A model generated the notes under the pieces. It had not been told where the DNA came from, ran no database searches, and saw only the letters and a list, made by a program, of their open reading frames with translations. Both the position numbers and the translations under genes were made by a program. Below are positions 56,971 through 64,000 of a stretch of DNA of 64,000 bases, piece by piece (the first letter of the stretch is position 1; the number at the start of each line of letters is the position of its first letter). The DNA is from Octopus vulgaris (taxonomy: Eukaryota): the NCBI GenBank assembly GCA_951406725.2, contig OX597832.1, positions 64,356,001 through 64,420,000 on the forward strand, given 5' to 3'.

Positions 56971-57594
56971 TCTTTAAAGTTTACATTTCGCATAGACATT
57001 AGAATGTCGGACAGAAGACTTTGCAGTCTTTGCTCAACCTTGTGTTCAAATCTCGCTAATGTAAAATTTACCTCTCAACATTTCGGGATCAATGAAATGA
57101 AAAAAGACAAAAAAAAACTTGCCAAAACTCAATATACTTCCCAGATACGCCAGAGAAACTTCTCATTTCTGTCTGTGTCAATAACTGTGCAAAATCCCTC
57201 TTGTTACCTAAAGAAATATAACGATTCACAGGTAGCTTTTCTCTAGTCTTAAACAAACCACTGAAGAAGCATCTTTTAAGGACCTTCCATCTGACATCGA
57301 ATGCAGTAATGCATTCTTTCGAAGTCCCGATATTTGGCCAATCTTGTTACAATTCTTCAACCATTTTTTTCCATATATATCTGAGATAAATATATATCTG
57401 AGGTGAATATGAAATTCGTTAATTTCTTGTTTCAACTTTATGATATTTCCCTTCGTGTCGAGAGAGAGAGTTTGGTGAATGTAACTTTTAACGCATATCA
57501 AATGGTACAGTGGTATTGCATGGCCAGTTCACTGCTACATGCTTACATACACACATTCATTAATACATACATAAATACATACATACATGTCGCT

Positions 57595-57687
<93 letters not shown>

Positions 57688-57767
57688 AATCTATCTGCCG
57701 ATGACTGTGTGTACATATACATATATATACACAAACATAATCGTATACATATATGTGTGTGTGTTTG

Positions 57768-57810
<43 letters not shown>

Positions 57811-57834
57811 CAGGGTGTATACGTGTATACGTAC

Positions 57835-57925
<91 letters not shown>

Positions 57926-58566
57926 ACCCGCATCCGTACACATACTTTCGCAAATACACTGAAGACCACACAAGTAAAACACTTAGGCACATACAAATAT
58001 ACATACACATACGTGTACATACATACATATCTGCATGCATACAAACATGCATACATACCAACATGCATACACATACACGCACACGTGTGTGTGCACGAAA
58101 TTGAGTAAGTATATACCAAATTAAATTCACAGCAAATATTTACGAAATGTCCAGAGGAATTTCCGCTACAACGTTGAACAAAAGTATATATTTGTACAAT
58201 TATCTACAAACCTAACTTAATAGCTAACCTAAAATTGATTTCCCTGTACGGTAAAACAAATTATGTGAAGCCTAAATTATTTTCAAACTTCCTTTTTCCT
58301 TTCGTAAATTTTCAAACAGTAAATATGAAAAATATATTTTAATCTTTGCTTAGGATGTTAGAACTGTTTTTATATTATTTTTTTTTTTTTGTATGCAGAA
58401 TATATTATTTTGTTAAAATGTAGAGGAATAAGACGTCGTTCTCTGAGAAAGCCGAATAAACGTTTATATTTTAGCGATACACCTATATTTGGAAAACTGC
58501 ACGCATTAACTCTTTCAATTTTATGTCTTATATAGAAAGCAGTTTTTCAAAAAGTATAAAGTTTTG

Positions 58567-58638
<72 letters not shown>

Positions 58639-58728
58639 TATATATATAATATCAGGTAATAAAGATTAAAAAAATTTTTACCAGTGGCCTAGCGTATAGA
58701 AAATTAGTCAATAGACTATATATTATTC

Positions 58729-59093
58729 ATATAAAATACAGTGTACATTTAAACACATTAAGAGGTATCCATCATATGACTCCCATACGCTACAAGGAAC
58801 AGCTAAAATCCAAACCACTAACTAGGGATAAAATCTCGAAGGGAATGAAAAATGAAAACATTTACCATCAAATTCCTGGACCATTGTCTCTGACTGGCAA
58901 ATTATTTTATTTGCTAAAAAAGATGTTCGAAACCATGGTCCAGGAATTAGATAGTAAATGTTTTCATTTTTCATTCCCTTCGAGATTTTATCCCTAATTA
59001 GTGGTTTGGACTTTAGCTGTTCCTTCTAGCGTTTGGGAGTCCTATGATGGATACCTCTTAATATGTTCATATGTTCAAATGTACACTGTATTT

Positions 59094-59098
<5 letters not shown>
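58729..59098. repeat. ~370-bp near-perfect fold-back palindrome (arms ~160-170 bp, 38-nt spacer)
   Basis: Arm 58729-58890 is the reverse complement of 58929-59098 (e.g. gggataaaatctcgaagggaatgaaaaatgaaaacatttac and gtaaatgttttcatttttcattcccttcgagattttatccc). Confidence 0.92.
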
Positions 59099-59136
<38 letters not shown>

Positions 59137-59864
59137 ATACAAATACGTACGTATGTAATATGTCCTTCACTATTTGTCCTTCTTTGTTCAGTAATCACAA
59201 TGACATTCCCTATATATCTGATGCAACTAGAGTTGAGGTACCAAAGAATTAAAAAAATTCGGACAATACTACACGCTGAAACTTTGCTGGAGTCTGATCT
59301 CCACCAATGATGAGCGGATTTTCCGTGTTTACTTGTTCTTTGTATTTTTCAATTCGTTGTCATGTCTAAGTCTGGCGCCTAATGTCATACGCCATTCGGA
59401 TTGTCCCTCTATTTTGCGTTTACAGTCAGTAAGGGTCTCCACATTATAATCTGAACTTCAAAACCAAAGTTATGACAGCATGCCAACAACTAAGCGACTG
59501 TCCGTTCTCAAAGTTTAAAGCAAATGCCTCATTCTGCATGAAAAATAATATCTCTTGAAGTAATATGAGATCACGCGAAAAATATGAATCTTCGAATTGT
59601 ATTTTCATGATTCAGCTGTTAACTGTAATTTTATCTGGAAACGATCGTTGGTCCAGTATATGACAAGGCTGATTGAGCGAAACTTTTAGGTAAAGATCTA
59701 TAAACCTGCTTACACGTGACACATTTACGACAAACTCTATATATCTCTCTCCCATAAAGATGTATTGAACACGTATATATTACTTTATCAGACAATGAAG
59801 ATTATATATTATACATACATTAACCCACGCACACATATAGCTGTGCATTACTTTTAAAGTAATA

Positions 59865-59901
<37 letters not shown>

Positions 59902-59922
59902 GTATGTATATGTATATGTATG

Positions 59923-59997
<75 letters not shown>

Positions 59998-60945
59998 AAT
60001 CAACGCGTAATCTATCTACAGTGATATTGGATAGCAATTCACCTCTGTATATCATATTATATCATGCAGACGAAGAAAAAAGAAATTCAACTTTCAGGCT
60101 TTCAGCTAACTTGTATTGGCTTAGTGATTTTATGTGTTATTCCTGAATAGATTCTTCAGAAAGAGAGAGGATGAGAGAGAGAGGAGGAAGGGAAAAAGTA
60201 TGCCACAGAAAACGTCTGCTACAACATTACTTTACAAACTGTTATTTAATATTACTCAGACAATGAAGAAAGAAATTGCCACAGGTTCAGAAATGGAAAA
60301 CAAAGGATCCCCACAAAAAAACCTCAACATTTAACAACTGGCAAACCAAATATATAATGGTATTTCTAATTCTATATTCATTGTCGAAACATTCGTATTG
60401 TCACAAAAAACATATATACATCCGTTAAAGATATATGTGTAGATGCATAATTGTATTTATTACTATACAGATAAGTTACAAAAGAGAAGAGACATGGCAA
60501 CATATACACAGATACATATACAATTTAAAATAATGTATACATGTGTGCGTTTGTCAATCTATCTATTTGTCTACAACATTTTATATTTGACGATACTTTT
60601 GCGCATCACGACAAGATTGGTCATAAACTAAATAAAGAATTCAATACTTGTATTTTTGCAACTTTGATATTTATTTAAATATAATTTTCGACATTGGCTC
60701 AATTTGTCGCTGACTTCATAGGAACACATAATTAAATATTAAAATATGTACTCAAAATTGCAAGAATTAGGACTAAGAAAACATGAAAATTAAGGTTTAA
60801 AGACAATGAAATAAGGAATGTTGTGAAGGGTTGAGTAAATTTTGAAAGCCAGACCGTTGATTTCAATATATAAGGGCTTAGAATATGTAGGTCAAGTAGA
60901 AATTTGAATTTAAGAACAAGCATTATTTCTGTTTAAAGTATCATA

Positions 60946-61325
60946 GGCTAAGGCTTGGCTGTGCGGTAAGATGATTCCTTCTCAAGCACATGGTTCCTGG
61001 TTCGGTCCAATTCCATGGCACCTTGGGCATGTGTCTTCTACAATAGCCTGGGGCCGATCAAAGCCTTGTGAGTGGATTTGGTAGACGGAAACTGAAAAAA
61101 GCCCGTCATGTGTGTGTGTGTGTGGGGGGTGTCTTTGTGCCTGTGTTTATTCTCCACCAGCGCTTGACAATTGGTGTCAGAGTATCTACGTCTCCGTAAC
61201 CCAGCGGTTGGGCAGAAAAGGACCGGTAGAATAAATACAAAGCGTTAAAAAATTATTAGTAAAATCCTTCTAGGCAGTGCTCCAGCATAGCCACAGTCTA
61301 ATGACTGAAACCAGTACAAGGTAGA
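60946..61325 (+). mobile_element. SINE family A copy
   Basis: ttggctgtgcggtaag..caccttgggcatgtgtcttctac..gtgagtggatttggtagacggaaactg..gtgctccagcatagccacagtc. Confidence 0.85.
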
Positions 61326-61895
61326 AGATGTAATGTCAATGAATTATAAATTTAGAGATTAGTAAATAATTTCAGCAGACGAATGTTCCACTTGAACTCA
61401 GTTTGGCGACATTAACTAAAGTAAACGTTGATATTGTTTGTAGAAGTTAGTTTCTCGTAAAGTTGTCAAACTGGTGTTTTATGAGGTTATAAGAAACTGC
61501 ATGAAATGGAAAGAACTTTTGAAGTTATCGCGTTATTACTAAATCAGATAAATCTAGAATATATTAATAGGAATAAACATAGATTTGGAAAGCTAATCCT
61601 AAAGATGGTAAGCAATAAACATGCACTAAGACGAGTATAAGCATCGCAGTACCATTATACAATGAAATTATCTTACCATTTTCTAATTTGTGCCTCGTTA
61701 AATAAGTTTGAATAATTAGATAAAAATGTCCATTAAACTCAGCATATTTCGAGTCATCAAAGTAAAGTAAAAGTATTATTTAAACTGGATTATGGTTTGA
61801 AATACATGTACGCGCGCGCACATACACACGGACACATGTATACATATACATATATATAGACACACACACATATATATATTGTATATATTGTATAT

Positions 61896-61945
<50 letters not shown>

Positions 61946-62121
61946 ATACACATATATATAAATAATATAAATGCGAGTGTATGTGGTTATGTATGTGCAT
62001 TTAGCTCAAAAGGCGCACATACACACACATATATGCAGATACATGCATATACATATATATGTATACATTTACATGCATACATATACATGTGTATATATAT
62101 AAATATATACATATACATATA

Positions 62122-62152
<31 letters not shown>

Positions 62153-62206
62153 ATATAAATATATACATATATATGTATATATACATATACATATGTATAT
62201 ATAGAT

Positions 62207-62259
<53 letters not shown>

Positions 62260-62344
62260 TACACATATATATATACATATACATACATAGACATATACAT
62301 ATATATATATATGTACATATATACATATATATATACACTGATAT

Positions 62345-62407
<63 letters not shown>

Positions 62408-62789
62408 TCAGTGTATATATAAGTGGTAATGAGGTAAAAGAAAGAAGCTAAAATCGAGAGGAGCGACACATAAAAGAACCAAAACTATAGAAGGGCTACT
62501 AAAAATGGTCAGAACTAATAAAGACTAATTACATATGAGGAAATCTATAATTTGCAAATGAATTAACGGAAATGTACAAGACGAAGGTCTATAAATGCAT
62601 ATAAGTAGATATCTCTAGTAAAAAGCAAATTAAGGCTGAGGAGATCCAAAGAGTGTTACATGTAGGTTGATATTAAGACATAAACTTTACATAAAATAGG
62701 TGCTAAAGAATTTTTACGACATGGACGCGAAGCCGTTAAGAACACAACTCCAAATGTATAAAATTACATAAAAATCTCTCTTTCTTTCT

Positions 62790-63360
62790 CTCTGTAAGCA
62801 TGCATCTTAGACGTTGCCAATCTTGAAGCGGGTGGTTGCTGATCATTGCGGCTAAAGTACTGCTTCCACCATCAGAGGTGACCCGTGGCTCCCTCTCCCT
62901 CGGCCAAATAGAGGCAACTTATAATCCACAACCGCTCCATCCCGTGTTTTATCCATGCCTTCTGAAAGCAAAGTGGAGTGTCCCCTTCATTGTAGCCATG
63001 CAGCTACAGCTGTGATTGAATATCAGGTTAATAGACTGTGCTTGCTCGTTTTGCAGTGACCCCCTTGGCTGATTACGCTCCTCGCCTGGACATATGCTAT
63101 AGGAAACATGTCTCGACCATTTTACATTTTCCCCCTCTCGACAGTGATGATCGACGCCTAAGGAAAGACAAAGTCAGTAGTCTGGAAATCAGCAGAGTTG
63201 CAGGGGCTGTCAGAAGATGATTTCGCACACTAGCGTAGCTAGAGTGTGTGCCTCCTGGGTCGGCCCTTCAGTTTGCCGCCCCTGAACACCCACGAAAGTA
63301 CATATTGCCTATAGCAGGCACAAAAGTGGTGCCTCCCCCATAAAAGTGCCGCCCAGCCAC
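62790..63360. mobile_element. GC-richer old repeat block: possible RTE-type 5' region (minus) followed by a partial hAT MITE from ~63228
   Basis: GC shift relative to flanks; cactagcgtagctag...gccgccc motifs typical of hAT MITE ends. The RTE call is from recollection only. Confidence 0.3.
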
Positions 63361-63692
63361 TTCTAGGACTTTGGCACAGTCTTATATTTATATATATAAT
63401 AAAGAATTAAAGTTTATATAAAAGCTCCTATGCGCTTTTCGCCATTATTGTTGTTTGGAACCCTGCGATAGAAGGCCTTCGCCTATGATGATACTTTAAC
63501 CACAACGGATCCCTAAGGAATACTAATTTGTATCAAACTACAGATAACTATTTCCGAAGTTGGACGGATGGCGAGAGCATTTATATATATTTTAGGAGGA
63601 AATTTGGAGAAACAAAAGAATAAAAAGGAAACATCTTAGGTACAAAAGAAAATGAGAGTGAGAGAGAGACGGAGAAGACATACGTACACCCT

Positions 63693-63793
<101 letters not shown>

Positions 63794-64000
63794 CGTGTGT
63801 GTATGTGCGTTGCGTGTGCAAACACCCACTCGTATATATCGATGGGTTTGAGCAGGTAGTCCTGTATAGACATATAAGTTGTTCGTTTTAACTTTGACGA
63901 TATTTTATGCCTATTTTTCTGAAAACATTTTCAAGTATTGATGAACAGGCGAACAGTCAATGGTGTTGAAGAGCATAAAGATTAAATTGTTGTTGTTGAG

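Overview
AT-rich, microsatellite-saturated animal DNA, most likely an octopus (inferred from the tRNA-SINE families and repeat landscape; not confirmed by search). The only host gene I can support is a minus-strand cadherin with two coding exons (45164..45357 and 7513..7602) that splice in frame across a ~37.6 kb intron. The rest is transposon-derived: a frameshifted CR1-group LINE (832..4318) and a decayed second copy; a nearly complete Naiad-type Penelope-like element (28663..33230); a second Penelope 3' fragment; two Dong/R4-like 3' ends in (TAA)n; Helitron/Helentron non-autonomous elements; mariner/Tc1 and hAT remnants; fold-back palindromes; and more than 25 SINE copies built from shuffled modules. 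The most interesting signal is a set of about ten type-I hammerhead-ribozyme-like motifs (CUGAnGA-stem II-GAAA-short palindromic stem III). They occur in Penelope 3' ends, in a 353-bp retrozyme-like tandem unit and in a palindrome that carries a U4C-variant hammerhead on each strand. Six of them lie in the sense strand of the cadherin intron. Almost all ORFs in the supplied track are microsatellite artefacts. All alignments and folds were done by eye.
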